Source of the DNA: Myxococcales bacterium
Lineage (GTDB): Bacteria > Myxococcota_A > Polyangia > Nannocystales > Nannocystaceae
DNA: 64,000 bases
Assembly: GCA_020633335.1 (NCBI GenBank)
Contig: JACKDU010000002.1
Coordinates: 186,730 to 250,729, forward strand
Reading direction: 5' to 3'
This document shows, piece by piece, positions 1-8,505 of this stretch. The notes below the pieces were generated by a model. It was not told the DNA's origin, did no database searches, and was given only the letters and a program-made list of their open reading frames with translations. Positions within the stretch are counted from its first letter, which is position 1; each line of letters begins with the position of its first letter. The position numbers and the translations under genes are program-made.

Positions 1-25
1 GAGGCCTGGCCGGCCTGAGCGCCGC

Positions 26-349
26 TCAGCGGGCGCGGCGGCGGAGGCCGACGAGGCCGACGAGGAGGAGCCCGAGCGCCGACGAAGAGCCGCCGATCGA
101 GCAGCCCGACTTCTTCTCGGTGTCGTCGCCGGTGGTCGCCGAGCCCTCGCTCGTCGCCGCGCTGGTGGACGAGCTCGAGCTCGAGGAGCCAGAGCTCGAG
201 CTCGAGCTCGAGTCGCTGGTGGACGATGAGCTCGCGCTCGACGTCGAGGTGGTGTCGGGGACGACGTCGGCCCGCGCCGAGGTGACGCCGAGGACCAGGA
301 GCGGCGCGCTGAGGGCCGCGATCTGGAGGGAGCGGGAGAGTCCGTGCAT
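26..349 (-). CDS. small secreted Ser-rich protein with signal peptide and C-terminal MYXO-CTERM sorting signal (GCSIGG...LLLVGLVGLRRRAR)
   Basis: N-terminal hydrophobic signal peptide ending ARA; poly-Ser low-complexity middle; C-terminus is GC + Gly/Ser + TM helix + RRR, which matches the MYXO-CTERM pattern. Confidence 0.5.
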   Translation of the reverse strand: MHGLSRSLQIAALSAPLLVLGVTSARADVVPDTTSTSSASSSSTSDSSSSSSSGSSSSSSSTSAATSEGSATTGDDTEKKSGCSIGGSSSALGLLLVGLVGLRRRAR

Positions 350-417
350 GGCCTCACTTATCCCACGGGGAGGCCGGAAATTGGTCGTAGCGCGCCCGCC
401 GCCGGGACCGCAGGCCT

Positions 418-627
418 TCAGCGCCGCCGCCCGAGGCCGAGCCCCAGCGCCAGGAGGACGAGCCCCCCGACCCCGACGTCCCCGGCGATCGAGCAGCCGT
501 CGTCCTTCTTCGAATCGCCGTCGCTATCGCTGGCCGTGTCGGGCGCGACGTCCGCGTGGGCGAGCGCCGGCGCGGCGAGCCCCGCGAGGAGGAGGGAGGC
601 GAGGACGAGACGAGCGTTGCGGACCAT
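418..627 (-). CDS. small secreted Asp-rich protein with signal peptide and MYXO-CTERM sorting signal (paralog of 26..349)
   Basis: signal peptide LLLAGLAAPALAHA; C-terminus GCSIAGDVGVGGLVLLALGLGLGRRR; same architecture as the downstream neighbour. Confidence 0.45.
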   Translation of the reverse strand: MVRNARLVLASLLLAGLAAPALAHADVAPDTASDSDGDSKKDDGCSIAGDVGVGGLVLLALGLGLGRRR

Positions 628-680
628 CGCCGTCAGGATCGCCGACGGCGAGGTCGCTGACGAGATCGATGATCGCTCGC

Positions 681-1196
681 TCAGATCCCGAGGAGGTCCG
701 CGTAGGCGACCGCGATCCGATCGCCCTCGGCGACCGCCATCGCCTCGCAGAGCCGGACCAGCGAGTCGGCCGACGCGGCCTCGTCCTCGCCCGGCCGCTC
801 GCCCAGGACCGCCTCGAACTCGAGGCAGGAGCCGAGGCCGACGACCTCGTCGAGGTGGATCCGGACGTTGCGCCAGAGGAGGATCTCGCGGACCTTGACG
901 ACCTCGCCGCGGATCCCGAGGGTCGCGGCCAGGGCCTCCCGGAGGCCCGCCGGATCGCCGATCTCGACCAGGGTGTAGCGGCTTCGGCGGGCCTCGCTGC
1001 GGTCGCTGCGGTGGTAGCCGATCAGCCAGGCGCGCTCGCCCTCGATCTCGCGGAGCTTGAGGCGACCGGAGGCGCTGTGGAAGAAGGTGTCGCGCTGACG
1101 CTCGAGGCCGGCCGGCGCCGCGCCGAGGGCGAGCGCGCCCGCGCGGGCGGCCGCGCGATCCGGGCAGCGGGCCTTGATCTCGAGGTTGGCCCTCAC
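681..1196 (-). CDS. CYTH-domain protein (class IV adenylate cyclase CyaB / triphosphate-tunnel family), GTG start
   Basis: N-terminal NLEIKAR matches the CYTH ExExK region but with N replacing the first Glu; GRLKLRE and C-terminal VGLGSCLEFEAVL resemble CyaB-family blocks; start overlaps the upstream stop (GTGA). Confidence 0.6.
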   Translation of the reverse strand: MRANLEIKARCPDRAAARAGALALGAAPAGLERQRDTFFHSASGRLKLREIEGERAWLIGYHRSDRSEARRSRYTLVEIGDPAGLREALAATLGIRGEVVKVREILLWRNVRIHLDEVVGLGSCLEFEAVLGERPGEDEAASADSLVRLCEAMAVAEGDRIAVAYADLLGI

Positions 1197-1942
1197 GCCC
1201 GCCCCCGCCCCTCGCCCGCGCCCGCGCCCGCCTTCGCGCGGACCGTCGCGGTCTTCTTCGCCGCGCTCGCCTTCTTGGCCGGCTTCTTCGCGGCCGTGCT
1301 CGCCTTCTTGGCCAGCTTCGCCGCGCTCGCCTTCTTCGTCGGCTTCGCCGCGGCCTTCGCCGCGCTCGCCGGCTTCGCCGCGGCCTTCGCCGCGCTCGCC
1401 GCGACCTTCGTCGCGCCCGCCTTCGTCGCCGTCTTCGTCGCCGTCTTCGTCGCCGTCGCCGGCCCGGCCGAACCGGCGAGCTCGCGCACCCGCGCGAAGT
1501 GCTCCGCCGCGACCGGCTGGACGCTGAGCCGCTGCCCGCGCTGGATCACCAGCATCGCCGCCAGCGCCGGGTCGGCCTTGAGCTCGTCGAGGCTGACCAG
1601 GCGCGGGAGCTTCTCGACGAACTCGACGTCGACCAGGAGCCAGCGGGGATCCTCCGGCTTCGATCCCGGATCGTGGGCCTCGCTCGCCGGATCGAACTGC
1701 GTCGGATCAGGCCTCGCCGCCCCGGCGATCCGCGCGATCCCGGCCACCCCCGGCGGCTTCGCGTTCGAGTGATAAAAGAGGACGAGATCGCCGACCGCCA
1801 TCTGGTCGCGCATGAAGTTGCGGGCCTGGTAGTTGCGGACGCCGTCCCAGGGCGCGCGCCGCTGGGCCTTGAGGTCGTCGATCGAGAAGACGTCGGGCTC
1901 GCTCTTCATCAGCCAGAAGGTCGGGGGGCGAGTGGCAGCCAT
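1193..1942 (-). CDS. EVE (PUA-like) domain protein with ~100-aa Lys/Ala-rich histone-H1-like C-terminal tail
   Basis: FWLMKSEPDVFSIDDL...WDGVRNYQARNFMRDQMAVGDLVLFYHS is the canonical EVE-domain signature; tail is AAKAAAKPASAAKAAAKPTKKASAAK repeats; internal ATG at 1942 chosen because the longer ORF overlaps the divergent HD gene. Confidence 0.65.
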   Translation of the reverse strand: MAATRPPTFWLMKSEPDVFSIDDLKAQRRAPWDGVRNYQARNFMRDQMAVGDLVLFYHSNAKPPGVAGIARIAGAARPDPTQFDPASEAHDPGSKPEDPRWLLVDVEFVEKLPRLVSLDELKADPALAAMLVIQRGQRLSVQPVAAEHFARVRELAGSAGPATATKTATKTATKAGATKVAASAAKAAAKPASAAKAAAKPTKKASAAKLAKKASTAAKKPAKKASAAKKTATVRAKAGAGAGEGRGRA

Positions 1943-2003
1943 CGCCGGGAGCCTCGCCCGATCCCGCGCCCCGGGGCAAGACCGTGCTAGCCTGCCGGCC
2001 GCC

Positions 2004-3065
2004 GTGGGATCCCCGAGCAAGCTCAGCGCCGTCGTCGGTGAGCGCCTCCTGGCCTCGCCCTGGCTCCGCCGCCTCGGCCGGATCTCCTTCCTCGGCACCC
2101 TCGACTACCACCCCCAGAGCCAGCGCTCGACCAGCCGCCTCGATCACTCGCTCGGGGTCGCCGAGCTCGGCCGCCGCCTCTGCGCCGACCTCGAGGTCCC
2201 GGCCGAGCTCACCCGCCCCTTCGTCGCCGCCTGCCTCCTCCACGACATCGGCCACTTCCCGCTCTCGCACGCGGCCGAGCCCGGCTTCGCCCGCGCCCTC
2301 GGGGTCGCCCACCACGAGGTCTCGGAGTGGATCATCCGCGGCAACGGGGCGATCCCGACGGCGCGCTCGCTCCGCCCCGATCTCGAGGCCGCCGGCATCG
2401 ACCCCGAGCTCTGCTGGGGGCTGATCACCGGCGAGTGCGACGACCCCCGCCTGCGCCCGCTCGCCGACGTGATGAAGGCGCCGATCAACCTCGACACCCT
2501 CGAGGGGATCGTCCGCGCCGCCCGCTCCTTCAAGATCCGCGCGCTCCGCCTGCCGCCCCGCCTCTTCGCCGGCCACGGCGGCGAGGTCTGGCTGCGCCCC
2601 GAGGCGCTACCGGTGATCGATCGCTTCTGGACCCTCAAGGACCGGGTCTACGGCGAGGTGATCACCCTCCCCTCCAACATCCTCTGCGAGGCCGGCCTCT
2701 CGTCGGCGGTCGCCGAGCGCTTCGGGCCGGCGATCTTCGCCGCCTTCGATCGCTTCGACGACGCCGCGCTCGCGCCCCTGGTCGCCGATCAGGTCGCCCG
2801 CAGCGGCCTCGATCGCGGCGACGACGAGCGCTTCGCCTTCCTCCCGCGCAGCGATCATGACGCCCTCCTCCGGCGGGCCCGCAAGCGCTACTACGTCGAC
2901 CGCGGGGCGCTCGCCGACGAGCCCGGGCTGCCGCTGCGGCGCTGGAGCGAGCGCTACCGCCACGAGCGGCAGGTGATGGTCCTGGTGCCGCGGCGGCCGA
3001 GCGATCAGCTCACGCTCCCCGGCTTCGATCGCAGCCTCGCGGCGGTGGAGGCCCCCGAGCTGTGA
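2004..3065 (+). CDS. HD-domain phosphohydrolase, dGTP triphosphohydrolase (Dgt/SAMHD1)-like
   Basis: RLDHSLGVAELGRRL and LLHDIGHFPLSHAAE match the dGTPase-type HD motifs; GTG start at 2004 avoids overlap with the divergent EVE gene. Confidence 0.65.
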   Translation: MGSPSKLSAVVGERLLASPWLRRLGRISFLGTLDYHPQSQRSTSRLDHSLGVAELGRRLCADLEVPAELTRPFVAACLLHDIGHFPLSHAAEPGFARALGVAHHEVSEWIIRGNGAIPTARSLRPDLEAAGIDPELCWGLITGECDDPRLRPLADVMKAPINLDTLEGIVRAARSFKIRALRLPPRLFAGHGGEVWLRPEALPVIDRFWTLKDRVYGEVITLPSNILCEAGLSSAVAERFGPAIFAAFDRFDDAALAPLVADQVARSGLDRGDDERFAFLPRSDHDALLRRARKRYYVDRGALADEPGLPLRRWSERYRHERQVMVLVPRRPSDQLTLPGFDRSLAAVEAPEL

Positions 3066-4075
3066 GGACGCCCCCCGACTACGCGGCGATCGCCGCGGCG
3101 ATCGGCGTCGACGCGCGCGCGCTGCCGACGATCCTCGGCGCCGCCGAGGCCTCCTGGGCGCGCCTCGGCGAGGCCCGCCGCCGCCTCGCCCACGCCCTCC
3201 CCGAGGCGCCCGGCGTCGCGATCTTCGCGCTCGGATCGCTCGGCCGCCTCGAGGCGTCGTCGGCCAGCGACCTCGATCTCGCGGTGATCCGCCGGGCCGA
3301 CGCGGCCGCCGATCCCGACGCCGACGCGCTCCGGGCCGAGGCCGCCGCCCTCCTCCGCGAGCTCGGCTTCGCGGTCGCCGACAAGACCTTCGCCCGCGCC
3401 CTCGATCAGGCGGTCCTGGTCCGCGACATCGGCGGGCGGATGGACACCAACGAGCACCTCACCCACCGCGCGCTCCTCCTCACCGAGGGCGCCTGGTTGA
3501 GCGCGCCAGCGACCGCGCGGGCGGTCCAGGACGACCTCTTCCGCGCCTACACCGGCGGGGCGATCGCCTCCGGGCGCTACCTCTCGGCGCTCGCCAACGA
3601 CCTCCAGCGCTACTACCGGACGATCTGCGTCGACTACCGCTTCAAGGTCGAGGTCGCCGGCAAGGGGTGGGCGCTCCGCAACCTCAAGCTCCGCCACTCC
3701 CGCAAGCTCTGGCACCTCGCCAACCTCGTCCTCTTCTCGTGGGCGGCGACGGTCGCCGACGACGAGCGCGAGGCGCTGGTCGGCGAGCACCTCGACCTCC
3801 CGCCCCTCGCCCGGATCGCCGCGGGCCTCCGCGCCCTCGACGGCGGGCCCCTCTGCGGGCCGCTCTTCCTCGCCTACGAGCGCTTCCTCGCGGCGATCGC
3901 CGACCCCGAGCGCCGCGAGCACCTCGATCGCCTGGACCACGATCACCGCGAGGGCTCGCCGACCTACCGCGCGCTCCGGGACAACGCCGATCGCCTCGAC
4001 GAGGCCGCGCAGGCGATCGTCGGCCACCTCTGGGCCCGCGGCCCCGAGTACCTGATCCGCTTTGGCCTCCTCTGA
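3062..4075 (+). CDS. nucleotidyltransferase of GlnD/GlnE/DUF294 type (Pol-beta superfamily) with helical C-terminal domain
   Basis: GSLGRLEASSASDLDLAVI is the GS-x9-11-DxD nucleotidyltransferase motif; ~230-aa helical C-terminal region; GTG start overlaps the HD gene stop (GTGA). Confidence 0.55.
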   Translation: MRTPPDYAAIAAAIGVDARALPTILGAAEASWARLGEARRRLAHALPEAPGVAIFALGSLGRLEASSASDLDLAVIRRADAAADPDADALRAEAAALLRELGFAVADKTFARALDQAVLVRDIGGRMDTNEHLTHRALLLTEGAWLSAPATARAVQDDLFRAYTGGAIASGRYLSALANDLQRYYRTICVDYRFKVEVAGKGWALRNLKLRHSRKLWHLANLVLFSWAATVADDEREALVGEHLDLPPLARIAAGLRALDGGPLCGPLFLAYERFLAAIADPERREHLDRLDHDHREGSPTYRALRDNADRLDEAAQAIVGHLWARGPEYLIRFGLL

Positions 4076-4088
4076 TCCGCCGCCGCCG

Positions 4089-4589
4089 ATGCACCCGCGC
4101 GTCCTCGTCTTCGATCTGATCGGCGTCCTCGCCGAGCCCTCCTGGCGCGAGCTCGCCCGCGCGCCCGCGCGCGCCCCGTGGACGGCGCTGAAGACCGGGA
4201 TGATCGCCGAGGAGGCCTTTTGGAGCCCGGAGGAGGCCGCCGCCTACCGCCGGGTGCTCCGCCTCCGGGGAGACCGCCTCGCGCTCCTCCGCAGGCTCCG
4301 CGATCGCGGCGATCGGATCCTCGTCGCCACCAACCTCTGCGCGGCCTGGGCCGATCACCTGGCGGCGACGATCGAGCCCGACCTCGTCGAGCGCTGGCTG
4401 GTCAGCGCCCGCCTCGGGGTCGCCAAGCCGAGCCCCGCCTTCTGGGCCGAGGTCGCCGCCTGGGCGCCGCCCGGCTCGCCGGTGATCGACGACCAGCGGC
4501 CGAACTGCGTCGCCGCCGAGGCGGCCGGCTTCACCGCGATCTGGGCCTGGCGAGGGATCGACCTCGCCGCCCGGCTCCTCACTTCTTGA
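4089..4589 (+). CDS. HAD-superfamily (subfamily IA-like) hydrolase
   Basis: motif I VLVFDLIGVL, motif III GVAKPSPAFW and motif IV PVIDDQRPNCVAAEAAG fit HAD hydrolases; the second Asp of motif I is replaced by Ile. Confidence 0.5.
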   Translation: MHPRVLVFDLIGVLAEPSWRELARAPARAPWTALKTGMIAEEAFWSPEEAAAYRRVLRLRGDRLALLRRLRDRGDRILVATNLCAAWADHLAATIEPDLVERWLVSARLGVAKPSPAFWAEVAAWAPPGSPVIDDQRPNCVAAEAAGFTAIWAWRGIDLAARLLTS

Positions 4590-6570
4590 ACTTGAACTGG
4601 GTCATCGGCCCCTCCTCGGCGGGGTCGATGTCGACGTTCTCGCCGCTGAGGTCGCGGGGCTTCCGCTTGAGGGAGACGTCGATCGGCGCCATGCCGGCCT
4701 TGATCTCGACCTTCTCCTCCCAGCTCTTGTAGCGCGGCGCCTCGATCTTGAGGGTGTGCTGGCCGGGCGGGAGCGACACCGTGCCCGGGACCGTGCCGGC
4801 CCTCTTGCCGTCGACGAAGAGGGTCGCCTTGGGCTTGACCGTGAACTCGACGGCGACGCCCCCGGCGACCGGCGGGGGCGCGGCCTCCTCGCCGGTGCTC
4901 TCGCCCTCGCCGCCGCTGCTCGTCGCGTCCTCGTCGCCGCCGCTGGTGGTCGCGGCCGCGACCTCGGCGGCGGCGGTGGTCGTCGCGGCCTCGCTCGGGG
5001 CCTCCCCGGTCGGCGGGGCGTTGCCCGCGTCGGCGTCGCCCTTGAGCGCCGCCAGGCGGGCGTTGGCCTCGGCGTGCTCCGGGTCGGTCGCCAGGATCTG
5101 GTGGTAGGCCGCGAGCGCCGCGACCTCATCGCCATCGGCCTCGAGCTGCTTGGCCCGGGCGAGGAGCGTCGCCACGTCGGTCGCCTCGGGCGCGACCGGC
5201 ACCTGCGGCGGCTGCGTCGGCGGCTGCTGGGTGATCGGCGGCTGCGGCTGCGGCGGCGGACCGAGCCCGAGGAGCTCGGGCTTGAAGAAGTAGATCCCGC
5301 CGACGACGGCCGCGACCAACACCAGGAAGATCAGGAAGCCGTTGCCGCCCCCCTTCTTCTCCTCCTCCGGTGGCGCCGGCCGCTCGGGGGCCTCGTTGAC
5401 CGCCCACGACGACGACGCGGTCGGCGGCTCCTTGATCGAGAGGTCGCCGATCGCCGGCGCCGCCCCGCGGACGCTCGAGTCCTCGTTGGGATCGTCGTGG
5501 GTCTCGGTGATGTTCTCCTCGAGGACCGGGGCCGCCAGGCGGGCGTGGGCGGAGGCCGCCGCGCTCGGCACCTCTGGCTCCTCCTCCTCGTCCTCCGCCG
5601 CCGCGACCACGCCGGCCGCGGCGACCGGCGCCGCGGCCTCGTCGGCCCCCTCCGCCTCGAGCTTGGGCGGCGGCACCGGCACCCGGAAGAGCGCCGCCGG
5701 CACGCAGTCGATCAGGCGCTCGACGATCTCGTTGGCGTCGACCGGGCGATCGTCGGGATCCTTGCGCAGGCAGTCCTCGATCAGCTCGATCAGCTCCTCC
5801 GGCAGCTCCTCGTCGCCGACCAGATCGGCGAGCCTCGGCGGCGGATCGTTGACCTGGCTGTAGACCACCTGGGCGTCGGCGCCGACGAAGGGCGGCCGAC
5901 CGGCGAGGAGCTCGTAGAAGATCGCCCCGAGCGCGTAGACGTCGGTGCGGGTGTCGACCGGCTTGCTCGAGATCTGCTCGGGCGCGAGGTAGCGAGGATC
6001 GCCGACGACCGGCGCCTCCGTTCCCTGGACGTGGCCCTCGACGAGCTGCACGAGGCCGAGGTCGAGGATCCGGGTGAAGCCCCGGGTGGTGTCGCCGTCG
6101 TCGACGCAGATCCGGACGTTGGCGGGCTTGAGATCGAGGTGGAGGAGCCCGCGGAGGTGGGCCGCGCCGAGCCCCTTGAGGAGCTGCGCGGCGATCGGCA
6201 CGAACTCGTCGAGGCTGAGCGAGCCCTTGCGGGCGACGAAGTCGGCGAGGGACTCGCCCTCGACCAGCTCGGCGACGACGAAGACGCCGCGGCCGGGATC
6301 GCGGCCGAAGTCGATGAGGGCGGCGATGTTCGGCGCCTCGAGGGTGCTCAGCGAGCGCGCCGCCTGCTCGAAGCGGTTGGCCGCGTCGCTGTCGCCCGCC
6401 CACTCGACGTCGAGGAGCTTGAGCACGACCTGGCGATGAAGAGAGCGGTGCTCCGCGAGGTAGGTCGCGCTCCGCTGCCCGCGCGCGAGCACCTGCGTGA
6501 CCACATAGTGGGTGCCGACGGTGCGCCCGATGAGCAGGTCGGGGGAGGTTGGTGCTCTGCTGGTCGTCAT
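4579..6570 (-). CDS. Ser/Thr protein kinase with Pro-rich linker, TM helix, TPR-like segment and C-terminal PEGA domain
   Basis: kinase subdomains present (GxGxxG-like LARGQRSATY, VLK, HLDLKPANV, DLG, APE); TM FLIFLVLVAAVVGGIYFF; C-terminal VEFTVKPKATLFVDGKRAGTVPGTVSLPPGQHTLKIEAPRY is PEGA-like; ATG at 6570. Confidence 0.8.
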   Translation of the reverse strand: MTTSRAPTSPDLLIGRTVGTHYVVTQVLARGQRSATYLAEHRSLHRQVVLKLLDVEWAGDSDAANRFEQAARSLSTLEAPNIAALIDFGRDPGRGVFVVAELVEGESLADFVARKGSLSLDEFVPIAAQLLKGLGAAHLRGLLHLDLKPANVRICVDDGDTTRGFTRILDLGLVQLVEGHVQGTEAPVVGDPRYLAPEQISSKPVDTRTDVYALGAIFYELLAGRPPFVGADAQVVYSQVNDPPPRLADLVGDEELPEELIELIEDCLRKDPDDRPVDANEIVERLIDCVPAALFRVPVPPPKLEAEGADEAAAPVAAAGVVAAAEDEEEEPEVPSAAASAHARLAAPVLEENITETHDDPNEDSSVRGAAPAIGDLSIKEPPTASSSWAVNEAPERPAPPEEEKKGGGNGFLIFLVLVAAVVGGIYFFKPELLGLGPPPQPQPPITQQPPTQPPQVPVAPEATDVATLLARAKQLEADGDEVAALAAYHQILATDPEHAEANARLAALKGDADAGNAPPTGEAPSEAATTTAAAEVAAATTSGGDEDATSSGGEGESTGEEAAPPPVAGGVAVEFTVKPKATLFVDGKRAGTVPGTVSLPPGQHTLKIEAPRYKSWEEKVEIKAGMAPIDVSLKRKPRDLSGENVDIDPAEEGPMTQFKFKK

Positions 6571-6791
6571 GCCGTCTGCTGCGGTGTCCGAGCTGGGACC
6601 GCGGGGCCGCCACCGCCTGCGCGCCGGGGTACCGCCCGGAAAGGTATCACAGCGACGCCGTGGGCCACGCTTTTGGCAAGAACGCAGCATCGACGACGAC
6701 GGCCTCCGGGGTCCGGACCCGCACCAACGGCGCAACACAGCGTCCGCCGGGCGGAAGCGCCCGATGCGGCGAACCTGAGGTCAACGCCCCC

Positions 6792-8411
6792 CTAGCGCCC
6801 GTGGGACCGACAACGGGCCGCGTCGGCCGGGCTGAGCGGCCCCAGGCGGGCGCTCGCCGACGCCCCCGCAGACGCCCTCGCATCCGGCTCCCAGACCCGC
6901 TCGATGTAGCGGAGGTTGGCGGCAGCCCGCGGATGAGGAGGTAAGGCGAGGGAGCCGACGATCGCGAGGCCGCCGAGCGCGACCCCGAGGCCGACCCCGA
7001 GCCGCGCACGCGATCCCCGGGCGCACGCCGCCAGGCCGCCGAGGCCGGCGACGATCGTCGCCGGCGTGACCAACCACGCGAGCGGGAGCCCGCCGCCGCC
7101 GAGCGCCGTGAGGACGTCGTGTGGCCCCCTCCCCCCGCGGACCAGAGGCACCAGCACCTCCCCCAGCGGGTAGTCGATGTTGGTCGGATCGAGGTGCGGC
7201 CAGAGGTTGGCGGCGAGGCCGTTGAGCGCGAGGGACCAGGTGGCGAGCGCCGCGATCGCGGTCATCCACGCCATGCTCGAACGGACATGTCCCAGGAGCC
7301 ACGCGATCCCCGGGACCATCGCCGGCAGGGCGACGACGAGGTAGCGCGGGCCGATCCGCCAGCCGCCGGTGAACGAGAGGCTCGCCGTGATCACCAGGAA
7401 GAGCGCGAAGATCGCGGCGAAGACCCGCGCCTCGCTCCGCAGCCCGGGCTCGTCGCCGCGGCGGGCGAGGCCGCAGAGCCCGCCGAGCCCGAGGAGCGCG
7501 AGCGGGGCCCACCAGAGGAGGCCGGTGTCGGCCGCGAAGAAGTGCTCGCGGATCGCCGCCAGCGACGGCGCGCCGAGGCCGAGGAGGCCTTGCCCGTGCT
7601 TGGCCGCGAACTCGGGGTTGATGACGTGGTGGTAGCCGGTCCGCAGGGGCCCGCCGAAGACCGCGGCCTGGTAGGCCGCGAGCGCGAGGATCGGCGCCAG
7701 CGCCCCGCCAGCGGCCGCCAGCGCCCCGCCGAGCGCCGCCCGCCGGCCCCGCCAGAGGGCGGCCACGACCGCGATCGCCAGCGGGATCCCGGCGAAGGCC
7801 GCCGCGTACTCGACGGCGACGCTGGCCCCCGCGAGGAGCCCGCCGAGCCCGGCGCGGAGCGGCCGGCGATCGCCCAGGCCGTCGAGCGTCAGGACCGCGC
7901 CGATCCCCAGGAGGGCGGCCGCGAGCTGGTGGCCGAAGAGGAGGTGGGCGTAGGCCGCCGCCGGGGTCGCCAGCGCGTAGAGGGCGATCGCCGCGGCCGT
8001 CGGCGCCGCCCCCAGGGGGCCGGCGAAGCGCCGCCAGAAGAAGGCGCAGAGCAGGAGCGTCGGCAGGAGCCCGCCGAGGAGGCGGGCGCCGAGGGTGTAG
8101 GAGCGGAGGGTCGGCGCTTCGCCGCGGCGGGCGATCGCGTAGGCCGCGGCCGCCACCAGGCTGGTCGCCGGCGGCTTGTTCGGGTAGAGGCGGCCGTCGC
8201 GGGGCGAGCGCGCGACGTCGGGGCCGGTCGCCAGCCCGCGGGCCGAGGGCCCGTCGATCGCCCACTCGCCGCACTCGACGAGGGCCATCCCCTGGAGGAG
8301 GCGCGGGCGCTCGTTGGCGCTGCGGATCGCCTCGAAGTAGGGGACGCCGAGGCCGAGGGCGACGGCGAGGAGGCCGACGAGGATCAGCCCCTGGCGGCGG
8401 CGAGCGGACAC
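6792..8411 (-). CDS. polytopic membrane protein, glycosyltransferase family 39 / ArnT-PMT-like
   Basis: more than 10 predicted TM helices with Gly/Ala-rich hydrophobic segments and a conserved-looking first loop; the opposite-strand ORFs are Arg-rich junk. Confidence 0.45.
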   Translation of the reverse strand: MSARRRQGLILVGLLAVALGLGVPYFEAIRSANERPRLLQGMALVECGEWAIDGPSARGLATGPDVARSPRDGRLYPNKPPATSLVAAAAYAIARRGEAPTLRSYTLGARLLGGLLPTLLLCAFFWRRFAGPLGAAPTAAAIALYALATPAAAYAHLLFGHQLAAALLGIGAVLTLDGLGDRRPLRAGLGGLLAGASVAVEYAAAFAGIPLAIAVVAALWRGRRAALGGALAAAGGALAPILALAAYQAAVFGGPLRTGYHHVINPEFAAKHGQGLLGLGAPSLAAIREHFFAADTGLLWWAPLALLGLGGLCGLARRGDEPGLRSEARVFAAIFALFLVITASLSFTGGWRIGPRYLVVALPAMVPGIAWLLGHVRSSMAWMTAIAALATWSLALNGLAANLWPHLDPTNIDYPLGEVLVPLVRGGRGPHDVLTALGGGGLPLAWLVTPATIVAGLGGLAACARGSRARLGVGLGVALGGLAIVGSLALPPHPRAAANLRYIERVWEPDARASAGASASARLGPLSPADAARCRSHGR

Positions 8412-8505
8412 CGACGCCCGGCCTAGCGCCGGCGAGCGGGGGCGGTCAAGCGCGATCGCCCGGGACGCGGGGTGACGCTCCCCTGCCCCGCGGCAGCGCA
8501 GCCGC

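Noticed and set aside
3062-4075. Interpretation of the nucleotidyltransferase as a CBASS CD-NTase with the HD protein as effector
   Set aside because: The GS...DxD motif is shared by many Pol-beta nucleotidyltransferases; there are no Cap2/Cap3, HORMA/TRIP13 or classical effector genes; the domain size fits GlnE/DUF294 equally well. Kept only as an open alternative.
4756-6795. 679-aa plus-strand ORF and 5126..6613 495-aa minus-strand ORF
   Set aside because: Alternative or antisense frames of the PEGA kinase gene; they lack kinase motifs and are low-complexity.
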